Assembly (NCBI GenBank): GCA_048013815.1
Contig: CM106586.1
Span: 10,850,001 to 10,914,000, forward strand
Length of the DNA stretch: 64,000 nt
Source of the DNA: Setoptus koraiensis
Taxonomy: Eukaryota > Animalia > Arthropoda
Direction of reading: 5' to 3'
Part shown: piece after piece, positions 1-12,996 of the stretch
Layout of the letters: every line of letters begins with the position of its first letter
Position numbering within the stretch: the stretch's first letter is position 1
The notes under the pieces: generated by a model
Told to the model about the DNA's origin: nothing
Databases searched by the model: none
Seen by the model: the letters and a program-made list of their open reading frames with translations, nothing else
Program-made: the position numbers and the translations under genes

Positions 1-755
1 TCAACTGTTTAACGCTGTGGTCAAATTTGATTTCAAGCGCATCGAACAAGCACGTTCGACAATTATTGAATCCAGTCGTTGAGCTTCACATCGGAACTAT
101 AAATTTGGTGTCATCTCCTAGATACTATCCGCTGCAACTGCATCTCATAGCCAATCTCGTCGATATTAGTGCTAAGTTAGACGTCTTCATACCAGTTCTA
201 CCACTACTGACTTCTATACTGGCTAGGTTAAAATTAGGAAGCAAAACTAGTAAGGAATCTTTCGATTTCGATTCCTTGTTGCACGTTTCTGAATCGGACG
301 TTCAATCTGGCCTCTATTTTGACACGACTGTCGATCGCATCTATCATCATATGGTCAAGTTTCTCGCAAGTCAGTGCCACAGAATATCGTTTCCCGAACT
401 GTGCCTAATCGCCAAAATTCAGATAAAAAAATTTATCAAAAATTATAAAAAAGAAAGCGAAAAGTTCAGAAATCTTCTCGTGAAATTGGAGGAAAATATA
501 AAATTTATTGAAGTCAGGAGGCAGACGGTAGATTTTGCATTCACAAACTTTTCAGCCATAGTAAGTAAATATGTTCATGATTCCCTATATATATATAGTT
601 ATATATAAAGATATATCATACTAGCTAACTGTTTATTTTCGCAGGATGCCTGGGAAAAGGAGACCAAGGATACTGGCAAATTAGCCCTTGTCAAGCTGGC
701 TCATGAATTGGAGGATAAGCTTTCATCCACTGAGGCAATAAGCTGTGGCCAATAA
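1..755 (+). CDS. NOC2L: Nucleolar complex protein 2 homolog, 3' part (5' end lies outside the window); exons <1-560 and 645-755
   Basis: Translation matches the Noc2 C-terminal region (LWSNLI..., SSPRYYPLQLH, ISFPELCL, FIEVRRQTVDF). GT-AG intron 561-644 with CTAAC branch; exon 2 reads DAWEKETKD...SCGQ*. AATAAA at 751-756 overlaps the stop. Confidence 0.85.
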
Positions 756-817
756 AAGTGAAAATGATGTATTTTGGTGTCTGCAATATTATATTACCTC
801 ATTTCCTGAATCACCAC

Positions 818-1838
818 TCAGTTGTGGTGTTGTTGTTGTCGGATTATGTTGAACTGTGGTCTTCTTTGCATCAGATATCCAAAAGGTCTGACCTGGTTTT
901 GAACTAGAGGTACAGCTGTGGATTGTGTTTGTTGTGGACCAAGAGAGTGCAAATTATTGTTTGCGCTGGATACATTAATAGCGCCTTGGTGCTGTTGTGC
1001 TTGTCCCTGATTGACCAGGTACACTTGATCGTTGCTAGATACTAACTGTCCATTTGACATCGCATTGACATTTATGTCCTCAGAGTCGTCTTCCACTAAA
1101 GCTGCTGGTCTGGGGGCAAAATTATTAACAAGATTTTGGTTGGGGTTCATATTCATATTGTTGGGATTCATATTCATGTTGTTGGGATTCATATTGGTGG
1201 ATGGTGTAGTGAATTGCCCATTGAATGATATGTTCTGACCCATTGGGTTGTTCCCTGAGGTTGCCGGAGACGAGGCCGGTCTAGGTGCGTTCCCGCCTGA
1301 GGGAGCTAAGCAACGGTATCGCGAAGTAAAAAAAAATCAACATGAAATATTAATTTGGTAGCAAATGATTTCGCATCGATAAGGGAATCACTTCTAGGGG
1401 TCGAATTGAAAAGATTTTCCACTTAACAGCAAGCTAGACTTAAAACAAGTTGTCTGGATGCGGTAACTTACGCAATACACCCGAAGTTGACAAAGTGGTG
1501 CATATCGGGATGGCATTGACGAAACGACAAACTGTTCCATTCACGAGATATAATGGTTGACGTTTTTGAAATAGATTGCCCAATAAATTGATCTTCCTCG
1601 CCGCTCTTCCGGTGTCTTCATTGACCGAACCAAGATCATTTATGTGGTGTATTTTGTGACCATCACCAGTGTTGTAGCTGTGGTATTTGTTTCGCGCGAG
1701 AAATTTTGTGACATTTTGTGAGGACACAGGCTGCAGGGATTTTCTCAAGCGATTCGGTTGATCCATTGTGATATCAGAGCATCGTAATGAATCGAACCAA
1801 GCAAGAAGAATTATAAATATTATGAATTGATTCGGCAT
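818..1838 (-). CDS. Orphan secreted protein of about 285 aa; predicted exons 1838-1472 and 1305-818
   Basis: Hydrophobic signal-peptide-like N-terminus (MPNQFIIFIILLAWFDSLRCS). A GTAAGT donor at 1471 (phase 1) and a phase-compatible TTAG acceptor at 1307-1306 (alternative CAG 9 nt further) join ORFs 1440-1838 and 818-1243 in frame. No family recognised. Confidence 0.55.
1133..1195 (-). repeat. Coding 21-bp tandem repeat x3 (NMNPNNM)
   Basis: Minus strand reads NMNPNNM NMNPNNM NMNPNQN. Confidence 0.9.
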
Positions 1839-2532
1839 GGTTTCTTGATATGGGAAAACTACCAGGATAATCGATTTTCTGACCCTTTACTTCGGAATTA
1901 TTTAGTTGGTGAAAATTTTTATTTATCTTTTGAGAAGTGTTGACAAAAGTTGACGATGTATTCAAGTGAGAGCTTCTGACCGACTACGATAAGCATTTAA
2001 CCTGGGCTTCAGATAATAAATAAAAAACAAGAGAAGCAAAAACTTTTTTAGAACTCTAATGAATCTGTTACCACCAAAGTGTCGCCAGCTTAATTTATCA
2101 GCCCAAATCGAACAATAGAAAAGGTAGTTCAGAATAACTAAATTAATAATACGCTTATCCTGTTTTCACACATCTAGATAAAAGATTTTCAATATTATTC
2201 TATTATAATAATAAATAAAGTAGACGCCGCCCCATACCTCTTCTGGCACCTACAATTCTCTAGGTGTTGATGCATATCTGAACTGGTTACCGACTTTTAA
2301 CATCACTCATCATGTGCACAGTACAATGAAAAATCGGACTTGCATGACAAACAAGAAGAAGAGTAAGTGCTTCAGTGATAATAATAACGAAAATTTTACA
2401 ACCATTATTATGTATTCTAGTTGTGTTTAATAATAAATGTCATGTATTACATAACATAGATTTATATTATAAATTTGTACAATTGTTGAATAGAGAAGTA
2501 GTACAGAGACCGTTACAAGTGTGCTGTTCTAT

Positions 2533-5500
2533 TCAGGTTTTTGTGTCAGTTTTTTTCTCATTATTTTGCTGTTGTTGTTGCTTGAATACATTCCGGTCGC
2601 GAATGAATACTTCTATTTGAGCTCTGAGGTCACTATCTGGAATGACATCTTCCATGGACAATGGCGAACGATTGAACGGATCCGTTTGATCACTTAATAA
2701 GTGACGTGCAATTGTGGATCTGTCCACGATGATATGCGACGAAGGTAACAGTACAGGATCTGTCATCAGTGTGGACATTATTGGATCTATGAATGTGTCA
2801 GGTATATCCTCCATTGGTATCTCATCTAATTGATTCTTGATGGCAACATCATGAATTTGTTTGGCTAACTCTTGAAATTCAACCGCCAACGAGGTTTTCC
2901 CTGTTCTAAATAATATATCACAAGCTCGTGGCAAAAGATCAGTGGAATAAGAGCGGCCATCGTTTGATACCGCCGTACAGAATTGCCTGTATTTTGTATT
3001 GTGAACTGGTTGACCCAAATTAATATAAATCTGACAAATGTGTCCAACTAGCTCTTTAGGTTCAAACTCGTACTCGTTTTGATCTTTGACCTTGAAATTT
3101 TTCATTTTAGGCCCAACTAAATGAACCAAAAAGTAGTTCAACATATTGGCCACTCTATCCACGAGGGTGGCATGTGAAAAAATAGTTTTTACTTCGGTAG
3201 TCAACCATGCCAATGTACTAATTGTTGAAAGTCCAAGGACATTATGAAATCTAGCTAATCTACCAACATGATTGGCGTTAGCCTCAGCTTGAGCGCGCTG
3301 TTGCTCTGACATTTGCGTCCACTCCACCGTTCCTCTTTGGATTTGTGTCTCTCTTAATGTACTCATATAACCAAGAGCTTCATCTAACAAAAAGATGGCA
3401 TCATTCATTAAAAGATTTATAAAGCGCAAAAACAAAGGTGGCCTTGCTGATTCAATATTACGTTCCGCTTCGTCGGCAAGTTCAATCAACTTGGCCCTGT
3501 GTTGTTGCTTTCCCCACAAGTATTTCAGCACAAGATACATAGGTCGACGATAGGAGAATTTTTGTTCAAATTGAACTCCCTCGCCAGTCATCTCAATACT
3601 GACAAAAACATTTACTAGTGATGGTACTATCTCCTCAGCCAACGGATGCTCGGTGAATAGGCTCTCACAGCCTATAGTTTGGCCAGCGTAGGCGCTCCCC
3701 GGGAATGATGCTTGATGAGGCATGAGACATTCTAGGATTTCGGCAAACCTGGCCCTCAAATGGGGATTCTTCATTAAAGAAGGATTACCCATGAATACTA
3801 TAATTAGTGTCATTAGAGGTTCCAAGGATATCGAAGGCTGGATTAGTGCTGACTCGTTGAAATTCTTCAAGAATATCAGATATTCTATGATGTTCTCAAC
3901 TAACATCTCTGGTATATATTTCAGACAGGTCTTGTTTGTTTTTTTCTCTTTCAATGTGTCCAATGTAATAGTCTTGAAATCACAAGTAGTGGCCACTTCA
4001 TCAAATGACGAACATGCTACTAGATGGTTTAAATAAGCCGCTGTGGACACGACAAATTGAAGAAGCATAGTGATCCTGCTTGGCACAATAAGTACTGCTT
4101 TAAGGTTCAAAAATTGACCCATCGCCAAATCCATTTTGTCCCTAATTATTTCCCGTGGATCCATACCATTTGTGTGCCCGTGATTACTAGCGTGATTACT
4201 AGCCTCTTGGAAGAGCCGCTGTAAATCAGTTAGATTTTGCGCAAGCTTGAAGAATCGCTCGTACATAGACCTAAAACTGAATGCCATCACCTGATGAGTG
4301 CCGTAGAAGCATTCGCTGATAAAATTCGCTTGAGGCTCGAAAGATGCAATTTCATCTGAAGCATCAACAAAGAATGTCTCTTCGCATAAACCTAAAAAGT
4401 GGGCTGTATTGTTGGATGATTTTGACTGCTGTTCTATTGCTGCCACTCCTGATTCACCCGGTTTTTTGACTTGATTTGACTTAGGTACTGTAGATATTTT
4501 GCAATATCTTGGATCTATCTTGAGCAATTTCCTGTCCAACCTGGCTGCGTTTTCCAGCGTCCTTTTGTACGGTCCTACGAATGGTTCACATAGATGCAAC
4601 ATTGCGGTAAGTAAATTCATGAGAAACCCGTCGTTAACTGATATTGTGCTAGTGGCCATAAGTAATTGATTGCTCCACAACTTTTTTCTATCCTTAAATG
4701 TATACAAACACTTGCCGAGCCATTCCAAGAAGAGGCCGCGCGATTGAGGCATCTTAAGTAAGATATGGAATAGTTTGTGGGCCTCGGCTCCTATAGTTTG
4801 TAATTTAAGCCCTATTTGAGTCTCCGTAAAATTGTGCTCACTTTGCGCCAATCTAGATGGATTCTGAAAAAATGTACAATTAGATTGGCTAGTTCTAGGT
4901 AGCGAAGACACGCTGAGTAGATAGCCAATCAGAGTGTTCTGGTATGCTACAGAATTGTCAATTCTAAGTGAATTGAATTGTATAAACGCCACCGCCATAT
5001 TGGGTTCTTGTACGAATACTCTCAGTATTTGTACTAGCTCCGGTACCTTTGGATCATCAATTGATATTTTCACAAACAATTGTGACAATCTAGTGCAAAT
5101 TGGTTTGATAATAGTAAATAAACTATCTGAATCATAGTTGGCTCCACCTCGTTCTCCGATAGTATCAACAAATCTTTGTATAATATCACAATGCAACTCG
5201 GCTGCACTTTTCAGATAATGAGTAACCAAATTCAATAATAGTGGAGGTGAGCCTCCTTGTTCGTCACTTTTATATCGTTTTTCTCTATCGGGAAAAACAT
5301 CTGGTTGAATCAGATAAAGTAGAACCTGATCAATGATGAGGTTTTCAACTGAGGTCAGTTGGTCCTTCAAGAAGCTGAACTTTTGTTGACTTTTGATTTG
5401 TTGCAGCCTGTAATAGCAGCCATATAAATAGCGCAATATCTGACTGTCGGCCGGATTGAACGAGTTAGCCACCGACTCAGAATCTAGATTTGGTGTGTTG

Positions 5501-5895
5501 AGAGCCGAGGGCGAAATATTTAATGAAACTAATTGCTGGCATGATGAATAGTCCTCTATCAGTATTCTGTCGAATAAAACTTGATTCATATTATTGAGTG
5601 TAACATTTTTGTAAAGGTCTATCTTTTTCTCTTCAAATATCCTACTCAAATCTAGACATCTTATTGTTAGATTTGTTCTGGCACGAGCCGCAGACTTGGT
5701 ATTGGTGGTGGTGGTTTGGCTATCATTGGTGGTCTGTTGTTGTTTTGAAGTGGATTCGTTTGAAATTGCAAGGATATTTGCCGATTGCAATTTATCCAAT
5801 AGGATGGTCGTTTGTTCTTGGCTTACAAGAAATCTGAATACATCTATCAGTATGGCATTGATGGTCAACTCTTTAACCTCATCTGTGTCTGCCAT
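2533..5895 (-). CDS. UBE4A: Ubiquitin conjugation factor E4 A (Ufd2 core + U-box), intronless, 1120 aa
   Basis: Motifs NPHLRARFAE, QFEQKFSYRRPMY, FLRFINLLMNDAIFLLDE, and C-terminal U-box DPIMSTLMTDPVLLPSS...HLLSDQTDPFNRSPL. Confidence 0.95.
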   Translation of the reverse strand: MADTDEVKELTINAILIDVFRFLVSQEQTTILLDKLQSANILAISNESTSKQQQTTNDSQTTTTNTKSAARARTNLTIRCLDLSRIFEEKKIDLYKNVTLNNMNQVLFDRILIEDYSSCQQLVSLNISPSALNTPNLDSESVANSFNPADSQILRYLYGCYYRLQQIKSQQKFSFLKDQLTSVENLIIDQVLLYLIQPDVFPDREKRYKSDEQGGSPPLLLNLVTHYLKSAAELHCDIIQRFVDTIGERGGANYDSDSLFTIIKPICTRLSQLFVKISIDDPKVPELVQILRVFVQEPNMAVAFIQFNSLRIDNSVAYQNTLIGYLLSVSSLPRTSQSNCTFFQNPSRLAQSEHNFTETQIGLKLQTIGAEAHKLFHILLKMPQSRGLFLEWLGKCLYTFKDRKKLWSNQLLMATSTISVNDGFLMNLLTAMLHLCEPFVGPYKRTLENAARLDRKLLKIDPRYCKISTVPKSNQVKKPGESGVAAIEQQSKSSNNTAHFLGLCEETFFVDASDEIASFEPQANFISECFYGTHQVMAFSFRSMYERFFKLAQNLTDLQRLFQEASNHASNHGHTNGMDPREIIRDKMDLAMGQFLNLKAVLIVPSRITMLLQFVVSTAAYLNHLVACSSFDEVATTCDFKTITLDTLKEKKTNKTCLKYIPEMLVENIIEYLIFLKNFNESALIQPSISLEPLMTLIIVFMGNPSLMKNPHLRARFAEILECLMPHQASFPGSAYAGQTIGCESLFTEHPLAEEIVPSLVNVFVSIEMTGEGVQFEQKFSYRRPMYLVLKYLWGKQQHRAKLIELADEAERNIESARPPLFLRFINLLMNDAIFLLDEALGYMSTLRETQIQRGTVEWTQMSEQQRAQAEANANHVGRLARFHNVLGLSTISTLAWLTTEVKTIFSHATLVDRVANMLNYFLVHLVGPKMKNFKVKDQNEYEFEPKELVGHICQIYINLGQPVHNTKYRQFCTAVSNDGRSYSTDLLPRACDILFRTGKTSLAVEFQELAKQIHDVAIKNQLDEIPMEDIPDTFIDPIMSTLMTDPVLLPSSHIIVDRSTIARHLLSDQTDPFNRSPLSMEDVIPDSDLRAQIEVFIRDRNVFKQQQQQNNEKKTDTKT

Positions 5896-6552
5896 GGTTA
5901 GTTTGCTGTAATATCAACAGTCTCTTTCAAATAATAGTGATGATAGTAATAATTGTAATGGTCTCTATATCTCAATATAATATATATATATATTTATTCA
6001 GACATAAATATATATGTTAGCGCGAGACAAATTTCAACTCACAGATAAGAAGCTATTATTATTTTGTTTGTAATTTTATGCTATTTCTAGATCCAGATCC
6101 TATTTGTTCTTATCATGAAGAGCATAAGTATAAATAATAATGATGATGATAATAATAAGATTGATTACGAAGAAGATGATAAAAAAGAATGATCTATCCA
6201 ATGCGAATTGCAAGACGTAATGTATGGCCGTTCTGATATGGGACACATGATAATTTATCAAACAGCTGATTGGTGTTGCATCATGTGACGATGCGTGCAG
6301 TTGCAGCACATAAAACTCTTACGCTCTCTCTTGCACTCACGGGCCGTGAGTCACGGCTGTGATGAATATCCCGTCGATAAAAGGAGATTAGATTTCTCTA
6401 ATAATTGTAGATCACTCTTTTTCAATAATTGCACTTGTTAGCCTCCTCGAACATTTCTACTCACCCAGAATCATATCAACAAACACTGCTATCAAATAGA
6501 CACAATATCTAGATTGAATTCGCATATAACCGGAGGCAGTTATTCATTGATC

Positions 6553-6723
6553 ATGGTTTATTGGCGTGAACTAGGACTAAACTATCTGAGATTTTCACAG
6601 ATTGCCGCTCGTCAGCTTAGGCAGGCAATCAAAAAGGATGCGAGAGGCAAATATCCTGACCAGGGTGAGGCCACCATCAAAAGAGTAGATACAGTTAGAA
6701 AAGAAGGTGCTGCTCAGCAGTAA
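6553..6723 (+). CDS. ATP5F1E: Mitochondrial ATP synthase F1 epsilon subunit, copy 1 (56 aa)
   Basis: MVYWRELGLNYLRFSQIAARQLRQAIK matches the epsilon signature (WR.aGl.Y..ys.iaar.lr.alK). ATG at 6553 within ORF 6514-6723. Confidence 0.9.
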   Translation: MVYWRELGLNYLRFSQIAARQLRQAIKKDARGKYPDQGEATIKRVDTVRKEGAAQQ

Positions 6724-6947
6724 TCACGAAATTATAACATATTAGAGGATTTTGACTAAGGTCAACGGTTACATAAAATATAGCTTGTCTGCTCCAATCC
6801 CAAGCTCGCTAACGCACACAAACACTGCCGCAACAGTGATGTAGTACCCAAGCCTAATTGTCAAACATGGGTCCCGGTCCCAAAATCATGCAGGACAAAA
6901 TCCTTGATCCCTAAGATTTCGTTTTGGATTTTACTCCATTTATTATT

Positions 6948-8946
6948 TTAAAAGTATGTTTTATCAAGTATGTCGGTCACATTGCTCAAAGTCAAGTGCA
7001 GAGCAGTTTTGACGGGCAAGTAGATATTATTCCTAAACTGTATCATGGAGGGCTCTCTGCGGAAAGGTATAAATGTAGGATGATCATATTCATTTATCAT
7101 TATCAATACAACCAATATGAATAGAGTCAATAATGTTGAAATAAAGAAAAATGCCTTGATAAGTTTGTAAGTAGTTTCAGGATCGGAGGCTTGGCCTTTC
7201 GAACTTGTTGGTGACGGCTGGAGCTGTGGTTTCTCGATAAGCTTCTTAGAATTTCGCAATCGATTTGAGGCTGTCTTAGTACTTCTATTTAAAGTAGGAG
7301 AAATGCTTGGCTTCGCGACGAACTTTTCCGACGATTCATCAAGTTTAGAATCTGGCCGAGATAGATCATTAGGTCTGATATTATTATTGGTACTTTCTAA
7401 GTAATCAAATGAGGCTGGAAGAGTCATATTTGCTAATGGATGCATATCCCTGCTTCCGAATGATTCTTCTAGAGACGACAATGGTCTGAATTTATCGGAT
7501 GAACCTTGCTGGAAACCGCTCCATCTAGGTGGTTCTGAACTCCTCATAACAAGAGAAGTACTTCTTTTAATAGTATTACCCCGACCAAGTGTATCACTAC
7601 TATTTCGTAGTAATTCTTTCTCAACTTTACCAGTATATCGTAATCTACATGTTCGGTTAAAGAAAGCCAGACCACCTGCATTTGTTACGGTGGGCACTTC
7701 CTCAGAGGATTCCATTGTAAAAAAATATCTGTGCTCCGTGGCAATTTTCCATAGATTGTGACAGCTCGTGTGAGTCGGGCATTTGAAACCGAACATGGTA
7801 TTGCTTTTCTTTTTATTATTTTGATCGTACTTGTTGCAATGAATTATAACCACTTTGTTGTCCAGAGTGATCTTATGTATATCGCTCCACTTAAAATGAT
7901 GCATTTTCTTAGAATCCTGGAATGTCAATATACCAGTATGATTTATACCAATTATATAATGATTTTGAGAATGCCCTTCTTTAACAGGATAGGGGTCTAT
8001 ACCGTAAGTATCAAGAGGTGAAGCTTTTTTCAACAGGTTCAATTCAGCTTCTGCTGAAGGAAGTCCCCGGATATCTTCACTCTGATGAATTCGGGCGGCA
8101 GTATTTTCAAGTTCCTCAGTTTGGTTTGGTACAAACTTAAAATTAGAAACATAATTCGGTATATGTTTTTTGGTGTCATGGTCGCCCAGTTCAGCTATTC
8201 AGAACGAAACGTGGACATTTTGATATGATGAGAGAGTTATTAGTTTTGAGGCTGATTTGATTGTGAGAACTTTACTAACTTGTAAATATAAATTTAATAC
8301 ATGATAAAGTTGACTGGTAACTTACATTGCAAAATGCAGGCGATTATGTATGCCAAGTCAGTATCTGATTGACAGTGTAACCGTCCCTCGAGCAGATCCA
8401 AACGTAGTTGTAAATATATGTGATATCTTGTCATTTCATCGGGAAGAGAGGCAGGCTCAGCCGGGTAGAATTTGACCCTAAATTCAAAAACAATCGTATC
8501 CATTCCTTTGGTCTGTTTCAGAATACTTTTTGTTTGATCGAGCCATTGCTGATGGTAGAAAATATTTTAGGTTGATATGTGAGTAAAACGTGTGCATGGT
8601 TTAAGATGGTTCGCAAGATGCTTCAATCAGTGACTGGAACTTACAATCTGGTTGGCAAACTTGAGACCAAAATATTCTCTGTCAGCTAGGTCTAGTGTCT
8701 TTGCAACGTAATCCATAAGATACTGTCCATTGTGAGTAGGCTGTTGAATTGAATATAAATGCATGAAAAAGAGTCAATATTAGTTATTCAATTATCACTA
8801 ACTGTCCTGAAGATAACGTTTTAGACTAATGATGATAGAATTAAACTCACACCAAAGGTGCACTCTAGTTCCTCATTAGGTCTCAGTAATTTGACCTTGC
8901 ATTTGTACTCTTGACCGAGTGATCTTCTACTAGAGAATCGCAACAT
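6948..8946 (-). CDS. FRMD5: FERM domain-containing protein 5/3-like with C-terminal TM helix; exons 8946-8851, 8740-8645, 8548-8326, 8194-6948 (553 aa)
   Basis: Three GT-AG introns give one continuous 1662-nt frame: MLRFSSRRSLGQEYKCKVKLL...GQYLMDYVAKTLDLADREYFGLKF...FRVKFYPAEP...LWKIATEHRYFF, then a FERM-adjacent region and the hydrophobic segment LIKAFFFISTLLTLFILVVLIMI. Confidence 0.85.
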
Positions 8947-11900
8947 AATGGATTAAAAGTATTTCTCAATTGAACTTTGTTGGATATGAGTTGACAAAGT
9001 ATAGATGTAGAAAATAAATGTAGCCTAATTGAAGCTCTCTTGTGTTGTCCGTTGTAAAATGAGTTAAGAGCACGCACATGTAATAATTCTTTTCTATAGA
9101 CTTGATAACTATTAATTAAAGATTGTGTGTCGTCAGATGATTTGATGGATCAGTGTTGTTCGTTCCTCAAACATTTGCTATACAACGGATTTTGTGAGAT
9201 TCAGGCAAGCGCATTACGTTTGTTAGCTCATTCAATGTACTTTGACGGTTGTGTCCCACTGTAGAATAAGCTACACACTGCTAGTTTTCTATACAGACGA
9301 CTTCATGTTATTTGTCCAATGCAAGATAATACAAGGAAAAAACTAGAAGGAAAATCTTCGTCTTCTTCTTTTTAGGCTGTTAAAGATGAGTATGATAACG
9401 ACGGTGGACTGCTCGGTGTTACTGCTAGCTTGTGAAGCGAACGAAGGGAGACCTATTATATCCTGGTTGTAAATTTATTATATCCGCGCACTTGTAAATT
9501 GTCATGACTCATAAGATACAGCTGGATCTTTTGAGACGTGATGGATAAATATCCAGATATTCGAAAGGGCGTAGAAGATTTAATTTAAGTTTGAATTAGA
9601 ATAGAAGTAAATATTAGCCGCTGTCCCTGCTGAGATGCTTTCACTGCGTCTGTTGAGCTGCAAAGTCGCTTCCGATGGTTTTTTTTCTCAAAAACTCAAG
9701 CAAGACACACACACACACACACACGTGTAACTTAAAAAAGGCAAATGTGCTCGACGACGGCGATCGAGCCGCCGGAGCAACAGCTAAAAGCTGCTCCCGT
9801 AGACAGGTGCATAATGATAGTAATACAGTTCATGGAGTAGACAAGTGCGAGCGAGAGCTTGAGGGCACGAATGAATGAATGAGCTTGTGTGTTGAAGTGT
9901 GTGCCGGAATGAGAGAGAGAGAGAGAGATAGAAAGTTGCAACGCTGTTGTTAATAACTTTACCTTGAGAAGCTATTGCGAACTTTGCCAATTCCAATCTG
10001 GCAGCAGCAACAACAGCAACAACAACGGCAGCGGCATTTGCAGAGGCAGTGGTTGAGTGGAATAATTGTTGCAGTGTGTATTGGATGGCTTGCTTCGCCA
10101 ACAGCGTCAGAAGTAATGGGAAATTGTGATTGTTGCATTAATTCGTGTATTTACCTTGCTTTACCTTGCGCCTAGTGAGTCTACAAGCTCGCCGTGATGA
10201 ACGAGTATGGTTGTTGGTGCGAGATAAATGACACTCCTCAGTTCATGCCAATGTTACAAGTGCAACATTATTATATTGTGTTACTGTGGCGCCTCCCTAG
10301 TTGCTCGTACCAATACAAATAATGAAAGTGATGTGTATGCAGGTATGCGTGTATGAGTGTGGTGGTGTGTAATAGCACTAGTAGTACATGTAATAGATGA
10401 AGGTAAACTTTCCATGCAATTACACTGATTGCGTAACGAATCAACAGTGATTGTTTCTGTGGTTGTTGGATGATATTAATATTACTATTATACTATTTTA
10501 TAATATGTGTGTTGTGTCGCGCACCGGCATTAGAATGGTTGATAAATATATATATATATTTATACAATTATATAATTATATAGTCGTATAGTTATCCGCT
10601 AGCGGCATTTATGTGAAGCAGCCGCGCTGGCAATTGCACTCTTTTGGAATCCTGTTTCCTTTTTGTTATTATGATTAGGAATCCTCTTTGTTCATCGGCT
10701 TGTGTATCATCGGCGCTCGTTGTATTTCATAATAGGTTAATAGTAGTCGTGAAAGATCAAGTTTGTCCGCGCTAGTTCACCCGTGATAGATTAATCGTCT
10801 GGCTGATGGCGGCGGCGGCGGCGACTCCTTGTTTTGTTGAACTGTTGTGATTTGTTGTGTTGTGGGCTGTCCAACAAGGAGCTTGCAATTGTTAGATTGA
10901 ATAGAATCAGTTCTTCGTTAGCGAGTGCATCCGTCGTTGGTAACTGTATCGGCGCAGTTGTGGTTGTTGTTGTTGCTGCTGCTGCTGGTAGACTGAGAGG
11001 GAGAGAGAGTGTCGACAATTGATACGCCAAATATTGACTTTGCTACAATTATAGTGATTCCATTTCTTAATTTATGAAATTTTTAGCTTGTAAAATAACA
11101 GTGTGCACACGCCGGGGCTGGACTGGATGAGAGTGACTGATTGATAAAATAATACAAATAAATAGATAAATAGATAATAATAAATAGCCGATGATAATTA
11201 CAATGGTTGCACGATTAACTTGCGGATGCTGCCATTGTCAGTGAAGACTGACAGCCAAAAAAGACGGTAGACGCTTTTTCTGTGCCTGCTTGTCTCTGTG
11301 AGCCCTTGTTTCTGTGCTTGCTGTGTCAGCTGTAATCATCAGTGTGTAATGTGCCGCTGTGCATGCATTTCGCTCATGTATTGGCGCTATTGTGTGTGTG
11401 TGTCACTAACATGCGAATTCTCGCCTTTGTTTGTTTGTCTATGTTGTGACGCAAGATTCGAACGCGATAGCAATTTAGGGGGGAGGGGGAAACGTCAATT
11501 TTAACTCACTGACATGAACATGGCTCAGAGAGGGAAAAGAAGTCGCGAAAAGCGGCGAATCGAGATTCTAAATTCGAAATTCGCCCCCGCCGACCGCTTC
11601 TAAAACATCTTCCACAATGGACGATAAATAATGAATGATGGATGCGTAACAAAGAATGAATAATTAAGCTGTCACAAGAGGACGAAACAAACATATGTTG
11701 AGGCCGTCGTGATCGAACGCTTCTCATGATGATGATGAGATAGCGGTGAAAAAGGAAAACAGTGACACCACAACAACCTTTTCACTGATGCGTCACTAAC
11801 GTTAACTAACCATTGGTTAGTAGCCAAGACTCGCCAGCCACAGATACGGCCGCTTCCACGAATCTCCGACCCGCCGAATCACTCTCACGGTAGCACGCGT

Positions 11901-12996
11901 ATATATTTATATATATAGAGCATGTTCCGGGAAACGCACAACCTGCACCACAACATACGACAGGTAACAAAAGAAATCTGGCCGAGAGCGACTCTGTTGA
12001 CGTCAATGCCATCGTCGGTGCGAGTGAGAAACGGACAGGCCGACCCAGAGACCCACAAGTGAGACAAGTGAACACAAAAGTTGAGACTCCACCAAAATAG
12101 CAATTCTCGTGCAATTCGGCATGTTTCGTGGGCTTATGCCATGATGCATACAGCCGCACTGGGCCTCAATCTGTATTCTTTTTCACTTTTGTTCTAGGGA
12201 TTGGTCATAGGAACGAGAAAGTTCAAGCGAAATTCCAAACACTGACTCAACAAGGCGAACTCAAGCAGAGTGACAAAAACAATGAATTGAACTGTAAATG
12301 CTGCCTCAAAATTTGGCCAAGCACCAGCCTAGCAAAGTGTTAGATGCAACAAAAAAAAAATCAACACTCTCTCCCTCTGGTGAGCTCGCATCGCTATAGG
12401 GATTATGTGAAGGATATAAATGCGGCGCCCAAATGAGTGGGCTAGTATATGTACAAAGCAAAGCCAAGGAGTGCTGAACAATCTACATTATGACGTTTGT
12501 TTGTATTGTTTTTATGCCTCTCACAAATATCAATGAAAATCAGTAGTGACTGATCATCGAGAACAAATATTTTTCTTTCTATTTTCAATTGTGTTTGTGT
12601 GTGTGTAAGGCCCTATTACCTGTGTTGTTGTTGTTGTTGTTGTTGTTACATATAGGGTTTACTAGCAACGAAGATTTCAACTATCAAGCAATCTCTATAC
12701 AGATAAAAGAGAGTAGAAATGATCGTCGGGTCGTTGCAACAAAAATTGTTGCTTTTCTTCATCGTCCAGAGGGTGAATCATTGAGGACAAAAGTGGTGGC
12801 TCAATGACGATTCCGGCTCCAGGCACCATACAGAAAGATAACTTTTCATTGGCTTCTTGGTATCGAATCCGTTGTGTTATCCGTTTGACAGAAACGTGAT
12901 TCGCGTGTATATATGATTGGTTGGTAATGACTGATTATGTCGGCTGTTACACTGTGTTATTGTAGTGTGGCTTTATGTAAAAAAACAAAACCATTG

